A model generated the notes under the pieces. The model worked only from the letters and a program-made list of their open reading frames with translations, did not search any database and was not told where the DNA came from. A stretch of DNA of 64,000 nucleotides from Stylophora pistillata (lineage: Eukaryota): positions 240,414-304,413 of the forward strand of contig NW_019218064.1 of the NCBI RefSeq assembly GCF_002571385.2, written 5' to 3'. How positions within the stretch are numbered: position 1 is the first letter of the stretch; each line of letters starts with the position of its first letter. Both the position numbers and the translations under genes were made by a program. Below are positions 47,041-58,851 of this stretch, in pieces.

Positions 47041-48763
47041 ACACGAGAAATCCTCTTGCATTTTGCCAGCTATAGAGTTATGCAAATATCCATTTCTTCT
47101 GCTATTAACCATCATATGTACTTAACTACTGTCGCCTTTCCATGATGCGAAATGTAGACTTTGACAGTGATATTACTTTTAAGTTTTAAATGATCTGTTA
47201 TATCAAACAATTTATAAACTTCGCCTGTCATGAACTTTTCTCTAATTAAGCTAGCCAGTTTTCATGTCTATTACATCTTGGTTTTAACAATACCGGCTTA
47301 ATTACATCGGCGAAACAGAAATACAACTAGACGAACGTTTCTGACAACATAGAAAGGAATTAAAAAGACACGTACAAACCAATGGCTAGACACTTTAAAT
47401 TCCATAAAAATTCTAAGCGAAATATGGCGGTCTGTAGCCTCTCCCTACATCTGAGCAATTCGAAAAGCTGCAAAACTTTAGAACAAAATTTTATCTTTCA
47501 AATCAGATGTCTTAATTCCCACGGTATCAACGAATGCTTTTCATTCAAATAACTTCTTCTTTTCTTATCTTCATCTTTCCACCGCTAGTGAAGCTCCGTC
47601 TCTTTGTATAAAAACCACACATAACCCGCAATTGCTGAAATGTCGGCTTTAAAAACTCTTTATGGTAACAAATATACATTATCAACTCAGTTGATAAAAC
47701 AAGATCACCTTGTAATACCTCCCACGGACGCAGCACCACAGCCTCTTTAGAAACTTCCTTCCCTAATATATAGTTATGTCTACCTATTACTACTGGGGGC
47801 TATTACGTGTGTTTGCTTCGATTCATTACCGGATATAGTTTTGCACAGCGGGTGTTCCATTCGTTGCGTAGGCATGTTTTCATACAACCGAGAGTAATTT
47901 ACATGACTTACGCAAATGACACGAAAACCGTCAAACCAGTCTTATTTCAGAAGTACAGTTTTCAGAAACAGCATACCAAAAAACGCCCTTAAGATTTCCT
48001 TCCCCATAATACTTGTCTATCAATAGCAGCTTCTTGATATTTTAGCGGCAAAACGACTTAGTTTCATAATAAACGGAGTGAAAGTGCCGAGTCAAATGTA
48101 ACAAGAAGGGTCACAATGATACAAAATGCCGCCCCTCTTATGCAATAAAATTGTGTTGATGGTTTTTTCCAAGTTCACTTTTCCGCTGACGGTAAAATCA
48201 AAGGGAATTCGCCATCAATATTGTTTTCGTCGAGTTATGCTATCTTTTAAGCGATATCGCTAGATTAAAACGTCACTGAAGGAAGGCTAAAACGTAGGCA
48301 CTATAGGCTGGGGCGGAAGAAACAGGCAGCTGATTTTTCGAGAGAAATTACATGAATTGCTCTCGTCAACTGTTTAGGTTACGAAGTCGCATGAAATTCA
48401 TAATGGCCGGGCAGATTGAGTTGTTTTTTGATCAGCTAAAACACAAAAATGCATAAACGTCTGCAATATCAAACTATTTAATTATTTGATGTCATCGTTC
48501 CTATTTACTAATGAGGAGGTTGTAATATTTGTCTGTCCATGTATAAACTCTGAAATTATTGCATGCCGCGTTCCTTTGTGGACTTCCCAAACGCTCTTAC
48601 TTGATTAATCTTTCAAAACATTATCTGCCTGCAGATTGGTCCACAAAGCTTTTAGTAAATTACACTGTAAGCCGCGTGTTGAAAATTTAAACAACCTTAA
48701 ACGGCTTAATACGTTTTAATAGTCGAATTTCTGGAAGTGAATCTGACCAGGGAAGAAACAAAT

Positions 48764-50089
48764 ATGGCTAATTCAACTCTTTCCTCTGACGCTTCAAGAA
48801 AGACAGATTTGCATGTGGATACATTTTATCCGCCACCTGAAACACTGGCCTTTAAAATCCCAAAGATAGTCGTGTATTGTTCGATTCTTCTCGTCTGTAC
48901 TACTGGAAATGCAATGCTGATTGCGGTCATTCTTAGCTCAAGACGCATGAGATCTCTACCGAGTAAGATTCTCATTTTAAACTTGGCGTTTGCCGACCTT
49001 TTAACTTTGATCATGAGCATTCCATTTGATGTTGTACTGGAAGAAAATCACTACGTCTGGCCTTATGGAGCTGTTTTGTGCAAGTTGTTGTTCCCTGCAG
49101 CCACTATGCTTTCGACTTCTTCATCCCTCACTTTAGCCGCCATTTCGCTGGATAGGTACAAAACATTGCTTCATCCTTTCAAGTCAAAACTCTCGGTGAC
49201 CCAAGTGAAATGCATCCTTGTAGTGGTGGATTGGGTTTCTGTTTTATTTGTCGTTCCATACGCCGTGTTTCTTGGATTACAGAACAACATTTGCACAGAA
49301 GAATGGCCAGGGTTTTTGTATCGACAAATATACACTGTGTTTTTGGTCTCTGTTCAATACGCCCTTCCCTTGCTATTCATGATGACTATGTACATTCTCG
49401 CTTCTACAAAACTTTACGATGCGACCAAGAATGTAAGAAAAATGTCAATATCTTGTGAAAACGACAGACGCACATCTATGTCCTTTAGAGAACGTCTCGT
49501 GCGTCGAGAAAGCTTTGCCGTGAGCCAGGAACAAAACGTAAAAGTCACAAAAATGTTTGTTATCATTGTTGTTGCATTTGCCATTTGCACTCTTCCTAAC
49601 CAAGTGCTGTGGCTATGGATCGATTTTGGCAAAAATGGTGATGTCACCTCCTTTGCGAGAGAGATTATAATCTGCCGGTTTTTCACTTACACTAACGGCT
49701 GTGTAAATCCTATTATATTTTTCACATTTAGACGCGATTATCGTCGCGGTCTGCATAAGATCCTACGTAAAATGACCGGGAGAAAACCAGAGACAAACTT
49801 CGAGAGGATACGAAGGTTGTGGAGCAAATTTGACATTAGCCCGCAGGTTGGCAACGACACGAAGCTTAAGCGTCAGAGGAAAACGGGAATTCAGGAAAGA
49901 AGTCCATTCGTTGACGTAGAAAACTTAAAATCCCCAATCAAAAAATGTGGCAAATCGACACTACACTCACAACTACACAAACGTGAATCTTTACAGGCAG
50001 AGCAAACACTAAAAGCCCGCCATATCATTTCAACTACAAATGGAAGAAAACTGTCTCAATATGAAAGCATGGCAACTTCGTGGGTTTAG
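48764..50089 (+). CDS. GPCR-7: class A GPCR, 441 aa from first ATG, ends ATSWV
   Basis: GN, NLAFAD, WPYG..C, SLDRY, C-TEEWP, TLPNQVLWLWIDFG and NPIIF. Confidence 0.96.
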   Translation: MANSTLSSDASRKTDLHVDTFYPPPETLAFKIPKIVVYCSILLVCTTGNAMLIAVILSSRRMRSLPSKILILNLAFADLLTLIMSIPFDVVLEENHYVWPYGAVLCKLLFPAATMLSTSSSLTLAAISLDRYKTLLHPFKSKLSVTQVKCILVVVDWVSVLFVVPYAVFLGLQNNICTEEWPGFLYRQIYTVFLVSVQYALPLLFMMTMYILASTKLYDATKNVRKMSISCENDRRTSMSFRERLVRRESFAVSQEQNVKVTKMFVIIVVAFAICTLPNQVLWLWIDFGKNGDVTSFAREIIICRFFTYTNGCVNPIIFFTFRRDYRRGLHKILRKMTGRKPETNFERIRRLWSKFDISPQVGNDTKLKRQRKTGIQERSPFVDVENLKSPIKKCGKSTLHSQLHKRESLQAEQTLKARHIISTTNGRKLSQYESMATSWV

Positions 50090-52967
50090 CCCTTTATTTC
50101 CCATAAGGGATTGTTAAGTAACTTTTTCTCAGGAAATCATTTGGTGATGTAAGATAATAATAATGATAATGAGGCATTCACATAAAACACTGCCTGTATT
50201 ATTAATCACGTTCTAATGTGTTTTACAGCAATTTGCGGGGGACTTTGGTTAGACTGCATTGGGAAAGTTTAAATTTTTTTCAAAGAAAATTTTGCAGGTG
50301 TTCAAATTAAGGAATTTTTTGAAACAAGGCCAGCCAGATCACAGCACCAAGAGCTACGTTCCTATTCTTCGCGGGAAGAGCACGGGTTCTTTGCCAAGAA
50401 AGGAAACGAGAAAAAAGAGGTTAATTTGCTAGATGCCGAAAGTTAGACTTTTACAACACCTAACTCTATTAAATGTTAATGACAGGAAGAATTACTCACT
50501 TGCTGGTTGGTGTAGAAGAGATTCGGAAATGATATCGATGTCGTGAAGCCCATGCCCCTGGTAGAGAACGCCATTACTCTGGTAGAATGTTGTATAGAGC
50601 TGATTAAATGATATCTGGTCTACTTATATTCAGGGCGTTGATATCTGTTTCTGGAAAGGAAATTATTCAAGTCTTGCTAAAAGAGGAGTCCGCGTACTTA
50701 CGCGTTTGTATGTCACTCCATCGACGTGCCGGGTAAAAATCAAATCTTTTGAAAACCAGAATAGGTCTAAAATGCATCACGTGCATAAGTTCGGGTAATG
50801 ACTTGATTTCGAGTACAATTTGAATTACCAAGCTCGAGTCAATTTTTCAAAGACCCACAAAATTCCAAGAGCTAATCTGTAAACTTGCTAAAATGCACGC
50901 GGAGTGATGTATTCCAAATTGCACGAGGATGACCATACGATTATTATTCAGCTATGATAGACACGAAAACATTGCGAGAGAGCTTTAATTTCATAAATAT
51001 GCAGAAATGAGAGTGCGACTAACTCATTCAAACGTTGTTTATGTCATCGTACGCGTTCTGAATCAAAATAACACTTTTCCAAATAATTTCGTACGTTTTT
51101 AAGCCGCAAATAAGTTCAAAGCGCGGGTAAACTGCTTCTTACCTTCAATTTGCACTGAATTGATGCTTTTTGCTGCGCGGAGCTACCTCTCTGGAACATT
51201 GTGTTACCTGAAAACTTCATCCTACTCAGCAGATACGACTGACGGAAGTTTTTTCATGTATATCATTAAGGCAGTGACAGTCTCGTTTTGATAACGAGAT
51301 CAGGCAGCGTAAACATTCGTTAATACCTGTCTATGATCAAAATTTTCTGACTTTTCCCTGAACAAATAGAATTGCTCTGATCAAATAAAAACGAAATCTC
51401 TGATAATCTAAGAACATCCCGCCTATATTTTAACCGTTTCTATCTTTTGAGTAAAACATCTTACTATATTCCATGACTATTCCAAATTGTCTTTTTCATA
51501 AAATGAAAAAAATAGTTTTAGATCTCGGTGAGCTAAAATATCTCTTTCAGTCATTAATGGCGACGGATATGAGCGTTATTTTCGTTTCGATATTCTCCGT
51601 CTTATTTCTCAAAAATTATCTTAGGATACCATCTAAATAACGTTCTTAAAATTTGAGACGTAAGTGTGTCGATAAGCCTAAGTTAAAAGGTATAGAAGTA
51701 TTCCTTTACTAATAATTTATAAAACGAACAATATATATAAAAACAACATAGTCATGCTCAAGTTTCAATTGGTTACAAGATAATATCATAACATGCAAAG
51801 CAAACAAAAAAAATGTTATGAAAACGCCAGATTATGAAAAGGAAAGACCTTCATAAGTTGTCTGAAAATGCGTCCGATTCGGGCTAAAAAAAATTGTAAA
51901 CAACCGAGTAAGGAAGTTGACTGAAAAATAAGATCAGCGATGATGAGGTAGAATAAATTAGTGAAAAGACTGAAGTTCAAAAGGGGGTTCAAGGAAAAGG
52001 GGGCTGCCTGGGGGAGTTATAAGCGTTGGGGTGGGGGGAGGGTATCAATTCAGGCTGTTACTTTTCATGCACTGCGTATATTTTGTATCGGAATGAAAAG
52101 AGCATAGCGTGAAGTTGTAATGTAGTAAGCTGACAGTTGGTAGATCGTTCCATACTCTGCCCGTCCTTCTTGAACTCTCATATCTTTTTGTTCCAAGGGG
52201 TTTAACATTTATAATTGTTCGTGTCAGATCCTTCTGGAAAACCTATCTCATCTCGTCTTAATCTTCTAATGCGCGGAGAAACATACGCACTGCAACAGTA
52301 ATGACGAAGGTTTGGGGAAAAGCAGGCAAAAGAGACTGTGAAACTTAGCGAAGGCATGTTTTCCTTCAATCTTCACATAGCGTGACGAAGTTTTTTTTTT
52401 TTCTTATGACGATTGATTGGTTTTGAATATGTTTATTCCGTGTTTTAAGTGATGTTACCATCGTTCTGTTTGTGCCGAGAAACATACGATTTGTGGTGTC
52501 TTATGTTATAGGACAAGACAAGAAAAATCATAAGTAATATTTTGTGACGTTTTTCCCTGAAAGTAGCCTTAAAATCTGACAATTCTTCATTCGTGCAATT
52601 TTAACGGAATTCATTAAGTTGTCGACGATCAGAAACCCAGCGGTAAGCTATTTGACCTGAGGCAATATTTAAGAGTTATTCGAGCGCTTTTTTTTAAAGA
52701 TTGTTTACCAAAATATTCTATAACCACATCAAAACAAAACAATTTGATTCATTAGGACACAGCGCAGTTGGAGTTCCCGCAAAACTTTTAACAATTACAC
52801 AGGCCAAAGCAAGTATCGTCACGCAGTTTTTGATTGTTCTAATAATGAAAGAATTTCAATAGCAGAACAGATATTTCAATCAACGGCCCTGGCCGATATC
52901 CGCTACGCAAGAGAGAACGATATCATGAAGTTAAATCTCAATCAAATCTGCCATTATTTATCGCTTA

Positions 52968-53100
52968 AGAGGGATAGGGAGTAACGGAAAATTTTGGGGG
53001 ACCATATAGTTTTAGGGGGAACGGAATGGGGATGAACCGTCGCCAACAAAGTATCAAGGAATGACTACAGAAAATTGACTGCCAATGAGGGGTGATCACA
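52968..53100 (+). repeat. Dispersed repeat fragment related to 2795-2995
   Basis: TTTTAGGGGGAACGG...GAAAATTGACTGCCAATGAGGGGTGATC. Confidence 0.55.
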
Positions 53101-53108
53101 ACATTTAG

Positions 53109-53292
53109 TAAATAAACCCCTTCGGGCGGCTGGTACGTCGGCTGATAATGTCCGCGGCTGAGAGATTGTCCGAAAAATAAATATTTGGCCGATAAGCGAA
53201 GCTTCGAGGGCAAATGTGAAATTTTGAGGACAGTCTCTCAACCAAGGACATTATCAGCCGACATACCAGCAAGCCAGAACGGGGTTTATTTA
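53109..53292. mobile_element. MITE/foldback element with about 62-bp imperfect arms
   Basis: TAAATAAACCCC...GCTGGTACGTCGGCTGATAATGTCC.CGGCTGAGAGATTGTCC versus GGACAGTCTCTCAACC.AGGACATTATCAGCCGACATACCAGC...GGGGTTTATTTA. Confidence 0.85.
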
Positions 53293-53568
53293 TTTTATAA
53301 CCATCCCATGAAGTTTCACATCGCAATTAAACAGCGCGTAAACACAGGTCAGGATATACATTATAACTTTTAATAAATTACGTTAACTTAAGATAAAATC
53401 TGTAAAATTTCTCGGCTGGTCGAAGTTTAATTGTAGAGCATTTGACAATTATATATCATATATCGATGACCGTTTATAAAATTGAATAAAAAATAATGAG
53501 GAAATTGTTTTGAAAACTCGTGTCTCTCGTTATTTTTCAGTTAGTTTTATTTGAGGTCACAATGACGC

Positions 53569-53630
53569 AAGTTCTACATGGACATAAAAAATAAGTTCTG
53601 CATGGATATAAAATGAAGTTCTGCATGGAC
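53569..53630. repeat. About 23-bp tandem repeat x3 in the presumed 3' UTR of GPCR-8
   Basis: AAGTTCT[AG]CATGGA occurs three times. Confidence 0.85.
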
Positions 53631-53767
53631 AATTCTTTGACTGTACCGCTCTACAAGAGATTTACAGTACATTTCGGGAAGGCGGCTGTTAGCCTACCCT
53701 TGTCACTCCATAAAGTTTGATTTTTCAGATAAATCAGTGTCATGATAAAATATGAAGAATTTCCCAA

Positions 53768-55228
53768 CTAACAGTCTGTCTGGGGAAGACCTATGAGAGA
53801 ATCTAACTTGTCCAACGCAATGGTGAGATCGCTTTCGTAAAAGGAAACGTTTATAGATATATTGCAGTTAGCATTCGAACTGCAAGGATCCGAGGCACTT
53901 TTCAAAGCTGGGAAACCCAGTTTATCTGCACTGAGTTGGTTCTCTTTCGAATTACCACTCGGTTGGTCCATCGAAGGGATGTCCAAGCTGTTTTTCGTTT
54001 TGTTACAGTCATGATTTGTCTTTGACTGGTGATCCAAAAAGCTCCCTGAATGTGTCGGAGCACTTTGAAATGATCCTCTGGGTGTCAAGAACCTTGGCGT
54101 GCTCAGTGATCCACGCGGTGTTAGCCACATAGGAGTGTACTTTCCATTTCCAACGGGAGAACTGCTGTCGTGTTTCATTGAGTTATCATCTCCGCAAGAC
54201 GACGGATGTCTGAAGAAGGCCACAAACCCCTGATGAAAATGGCGGTTAAACTTGTAGAAGATAAATGGATTTAAACAGCTATTGGCGTAGGTGAAGAGAC
54301 GACAGATGATGGCAATAATTGGGAAGAGTCTGTGGGTTTTCCCTCCAGCAAAGTCTCCCCAAATCCAAAGGACCTCAATCGGCAACGTAAACAAAGCGAA
54401 CACCACAACTATAAAAACAAAAACTTTAGTAACTTGAGCATTATGTTCCCTGTGCTGACTAAAATGTTTTTCTAAGGTGCTGCTTAATGAGCTTCCATCT
54501 TCTGAGTCTTTTAGCCCAGTGTCGGCCGGTTTTGATGACCCATTTCTTCTACCCTTCGACGATGCGGATGAAACTGATAAGGATCGTGCTCTGCTCGTGG
54601 TCGCGAAGAGATTCCATGCTGCGTGGATGTACATGAAGGCCATGAATATCAGTGGGAGAGCGTATTGAGCAAGAAACAGAACAAATGTGTAAATCTTGGA
54701 GAGTACTTCGTTCGGCCAAACTTCTTGACAGGTGGAGTTTGGTGACAATCGCGAGGTTATCAAATGGGGAACGACCAAGATCCCTGAACAGCAATGCACA
54801 AACGCAATAAGTATCTTGACAGTTCTTGTGTCCAAACGCTGTTTGAATGGATGCATCAGTGTTCTATATCGATCCAGTGATATTGCAGCCAGTGTAAGAG
54901 ATGAAGAAGTCGCGAATAACGTTGCAGTTGCTGGAAACAACTTGCACAAGGTGGACCCAAATGGCCACGTGTTGTTGTTTTCTACCAACACCATTTCAAG
55001 TGGAATGCTAATCAGCGGGGTCAACAAATCGCACAAAGCGAGATTTACAATGAAAAGATTGCCGGGAACGCGTTTTAAATGTTTAAACCTGCAAATGATT
55101 GTTATGACCATAGCATTGCCAAGGATACTCACGATCAAGATAATGACATAAAGAAGAGTCATTGTTACTTTGACTGCCATCTGGTCGTGGTACAAGTTTT
55201 GTACGGTTGCCTCTGATGTCGAGTTCAT
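53768..55228 (-). CDS. GPCR-8: class A GPCR, 486 aa from first ATG, ends PQTDC; most divergent intact member
   Basis: GN, NLALCD, WPFG..C, SLDRY, C-QEVWP, TLPIEVLWIWGDF and NPFIF. First ATG is 55228 (MNSTSE). Confidence 0.96.
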   Translation of the reverse strand: MNSTSEATVQNLYHDQMAVKVTMTLLYVIILIVSILGNAMVITIICRFKHLKRVPGNLFIVNLALCDLLTPLISIPLEMVLVENNNTWPFGSTLCKLFPATATLFATSSSLTLAAISLDRYRTLMHPFKQRLDTRTVKILIAFVHCCSGILVVPHLITSRLSPNSTCQEVWPNEVLSKIYTFVLFLAQYALPLIFMAFMYIHAAWNLFATTSRARSLSVSSASSKGRRNGSSKPADTGLKDSEDGSSLSSTLEKHFSQHREHNAQVTKVFVFIVVVFALFTLPIEVLWIWGDFAGGKTHRLFPIIAIICRLFTYANSCLNPFIFYKFNRHFHQGFVAFFRHPSSCGDDNSMKHDSSSPVGNGKYTPMWLTPRGSLSTPRFLTPRGSFQSAPTHSGSFLDHQSKTNHDCNKTKNSLDIPSMDQPSGNSKENQLSADKLGFPALKSASDPCSSNANCNISINVSFYESDLTIALDKLDSLIGLPQTDC

Positions 55229-57069
55229 CTTACTGCCTTGTTTGAAATGGCGAGATGCAACACCGTGCGCAAGTTCTTCAACATTGGTGAGAGTGACAAG
55301 ACTGGAAAGATCTCGCAAGAAGACTTGGAATTTCCTTCAGCGCAATTCAAAAAATTAATCCAGCTCACGTAGTGAAATTCCTTGAAGTAGATAAACAGGA
55401 TGCTAAAGAGTCCGTGGTATGAGTTACTAACATATGTGTTTACGTACAGCTGAACTTATAACTTAAGGTAATTCAAACTAAATGGCTGAAAGCGATGCAA
55501 TAAAAGGATCTGATAGCCACGATTACCCCCTCGTAGCTAGTGTCAAGTTTGTTGGTTCATTAGCGTCGAAGCTTGAGCCAAGAATGTTTTTCCTTGTTTG
55601 CGCCAGCAACAGTTTTGATCTGACTTAAGTCAAAATCAGTTTGATCTTTTCCACCGCTTAAATTTCAATTCTAGAAAACTGGTGCTTTTTTTAGTATACT
55701 TTAAGACACTATCAAAGAGATCTCTGAATTTATATTAAGGCGCTTAACCTCAGTCGCAGGTTAGACGATCACGATCGTTCCGCAAATGACTGATGATGAC
55801 GCAGAAAACGTACTTTGCTCTGAATCTATTTGAGTCGCACGTACCATCAAAAAGAATTTAATAACTAATAACCCTCAAAATTAAATCTATAATTGCTTCA
55901 TCTAAGTTAATTACTTAATTGCTTTACATGTGTAAATATCACTTTCAATAAGATCACTTTGCATTTTAGAAACATATTTTGATCTGTTGACAAAGGGCAA
56001 ACCCTAGGTTATAATTAAAAGATTTGCTATGCTTGTTATTCGTATTTGTATTGTTAGTTTGAGCTTTTATTGTACTAATACTTCCGCGAAAAAAAAAACA
56101 CACCCATTTCGCTTCAACCTTCTTTAAATCTATTTGTTATCACCGCAAAGAAAAGATACGGTAGATTCGTTTAAAATCCCTTTAGCGCGCATCTTTCTGT
56201 TTTGTCTGTGTTGTTAATTTTTTCTTTTAACAAAAGAATAACGTTCCATATGTCCAATTGTGGTAAGGCTCAGTAAGAAAATAATGTCATACGTTCTCGG
56301 TGAGCGTGCAAACAGATCGAAGAAGTAATTTAAGTTCTGTTTGTTAGAGTGTTTTAAAGAAGCAACTTTGACACGTTATGAGGTTGTTAGTAGCACTCCA
56401 ATTAAGTACTGAAAGAGCTTTTTGATTTCTGAATGCCAAATGATTGCTGCGTTTATCGTTTAAGTCAAACAGATTTTCATGACGAGAGAAAAAAAATCTT
56501 GGGATTAGTAGTTAATGTCTATTTTGTTGATAAGGAAGCATCCTTAAAGAGCCAGCTTTTAATTTCAATGAAGCGTCAAAATTTGTTATCGTCTGTCCGT
56601 CACATAGGGTTGGCTTGAGTAATTTTTGGCCTTAAGTTAAACCGCTAATGCCACTTGAATTCAAGATCATTTCTTTGTGTCAACATCTTCCTTTCAAGAG
56701 CGGTCTAGAAAGATCGAACCACAAGAACATTAGAACTTGTTGATATACACTGATTGCATTTGAATAGATACATAATTGCTTAGATCAAAATTAATAAGAT
56801 CACATCGAGTGGAACTCAACGTTGTTTATTCTTGCTGCATTAGGCGATTAATTCATAACAAAAGTCACGCCAATGAGTTTCAAGAAAGGACCGATGATAC
56901 TATTACTTAGCGCCATTTACTGTTGTTGTCTATTAAACAGATCTGTTTGCAGTTTGCTCACTGACCTTGCTACTTTGTTAACCCCTTTGTTTGTATCTGG
57001 TATCATTTTATCGCCTGGTCGTAATTTTCATCGTAGCTGGGTTTTACGTTGGTGAATCTCTCTCTTTTT

Positions 57070-57262
57070 TTAACCCCTTAATTCCCAGAAGTGATTACCT
57101 TGTTACTTCTCCCTATAATATCCATACATGATCCAGCAAACAGCTAATGAGAATACTCAAACTTATCAGCTAGAAGCTGTTATCTTGATCTAACACCAAA
57201 TTCTTCAAACTTATCTCACAAGGAAATGTGTAGCAGCTAGAGGGGAGTATTAACAATCAGCG
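57070..57262 (+). mobile_element. TTAACCC-terminated MITE-like fragment
   Basis: Begins TTAACCCCTTAATTCCCAGAAGTGATT; layout resembles the 21308 family. Confidence 0.5.
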
Positions 57263-58841
57263 ATTGTTGAGTCTCGAAGATGAACAATGTTGTCCAAGTT
57301 AGTTACCACATTGATTAATCAAAGAATAAGTCTTGCAAATTGAAATTACCACAGCTTCAGTCCTTCTGATGTTAAAAGATAACGTTAAATGCAAATTACT
57401 CCTAAAAGGGGGGGAACTACAACTGAATCACTATAGGTGGTACGATAAGGCAGAAACAGGCCTCTAACGAGGATAACAAAGCCAGTATAGAAAACTAACA
57501 CAGATTGTCTGATCATAATGATCAACTTAGAAAATTCATTTTAAAATATTTCGATAAAAAAAAAAAAACGATTTGGATGCTTGTGGGTAGAGAGACTGCA
57601 TGTGTGCTTAATCGTTCTCATGCATTAGAATGGCTGAAGTTGTTGTAATTTCCGTTTGCAATACTCAACACGCTTTGATGAATCAATGTAATAACTACCT
57701 TATGCACGTTAAAAGGAAATACGGGTCAAGGAAAATATTACACGTACCCTTTAAGAGCTTTTTATCATTTCAAATAGTTCTCTTGTTGGACCTAATCAAT
57801 CATGATGACAAATCGGCACAAAATGCCAAGGTGACAGGCCTAGGCAAGCATGAAAAGAAACAACAACAGTAGGGTCCTTGCAGTTTAGCCTCCGGTCAAA
57901 AAAACAACATCAGCGTCGAAATTCAAGACAGCCTTGTGTTCACTAGCTTTTCAGAATAGAACACAATGCTGTTTGGACAGGAATAGGGTTTTAACTTAGA
58001 TGTTAAGAGTTTAAAATGACTCACCAGAGGCTTGTCCGACTAATCATGGTTCAGTTATCTATCGTCTAAAATGGATCCTAAACGTTTTCCACTTCCAATC
58101 CGGGCGATCCTATGCAAGTCCTTGCGGTCCTCATTCCTTTATTTGCTTGATCTCACTTCTTTGGAGTTCGGGAAGCGACAATATTTTATGAGCCACGTCT
58201 AATGTGTCGAAGGCGAATACATGTTCTTTAGAAACTGTGGATGCTTTGTTGACCACTAAGATCCACACTCTTGTGAGAACTTTTTGTCTAGAAGGAACAC
58301 GATTGCCTTCCTAAGTGATGCTGAACATAGAAGAGCTATTTTCAGCGAATAAAATATTCATTAGTCCAATAGAAGCTATTGCCAAAGTGCGTGAATTTGG
58401 ACGTGTGGAAAATAAAGGAAAACCTTTTTGCTTTTGATTGTCTCAAAATCCAAGCGTGAAGGACCACAAAGACTGACCAATAATTTTCCTGTGTAGTTCC
58501 TCGTACAGGAAATGACTTGAACTACGCCATAGGGCTTTACCCAGTTTTTCTGGAGAAAGATCCTTTGTTAGAAAAAAAAAAAGCTTTGAGGTTGGAGGTT
58601 ATGCGAATGATGCCAGTTTATCTGCTAACTACACACCCAGCTGCTTTCCGACCACACCAGCAGCAATCAATGTCTTTTTGTTGTTGACTGTTGCTCTGTT
58701 TGGGGTGTACCGTTGTTTTGAACAAGTGGTAGCCTTCCTTACATATCCGGGCTGTAGATACATATACAAAGAAGACTGATTTGTTGAAATTGTGACTGTA
58801 GCCAGTCCAGTCTCCGCGCGGCTACTTTTCGCGCCTTTTTA

Positions 58842-58851
58842 GTCACGTGAC
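58842..58851. promoter_or_regulatory. Perfect GTCACGTGAC E-box (CLEAR/USF-type) in a CpG-rich promoter-like patch
   Basis: Palindromic 10-mer within the CG-rich stretch 58810-58945; function is inferred. Confidence 0.4.

Noticed and set aside
53569-53630. CRISPR-like array
   Set aside because: Eukaryotic context, only three short units, no unique spacers of appropriate length.
4066-55358. Numerous short ORFs overlapping the GPCR genes
   Set aside because: Antisense or alternate-frame shadows with no recognisable motifs.
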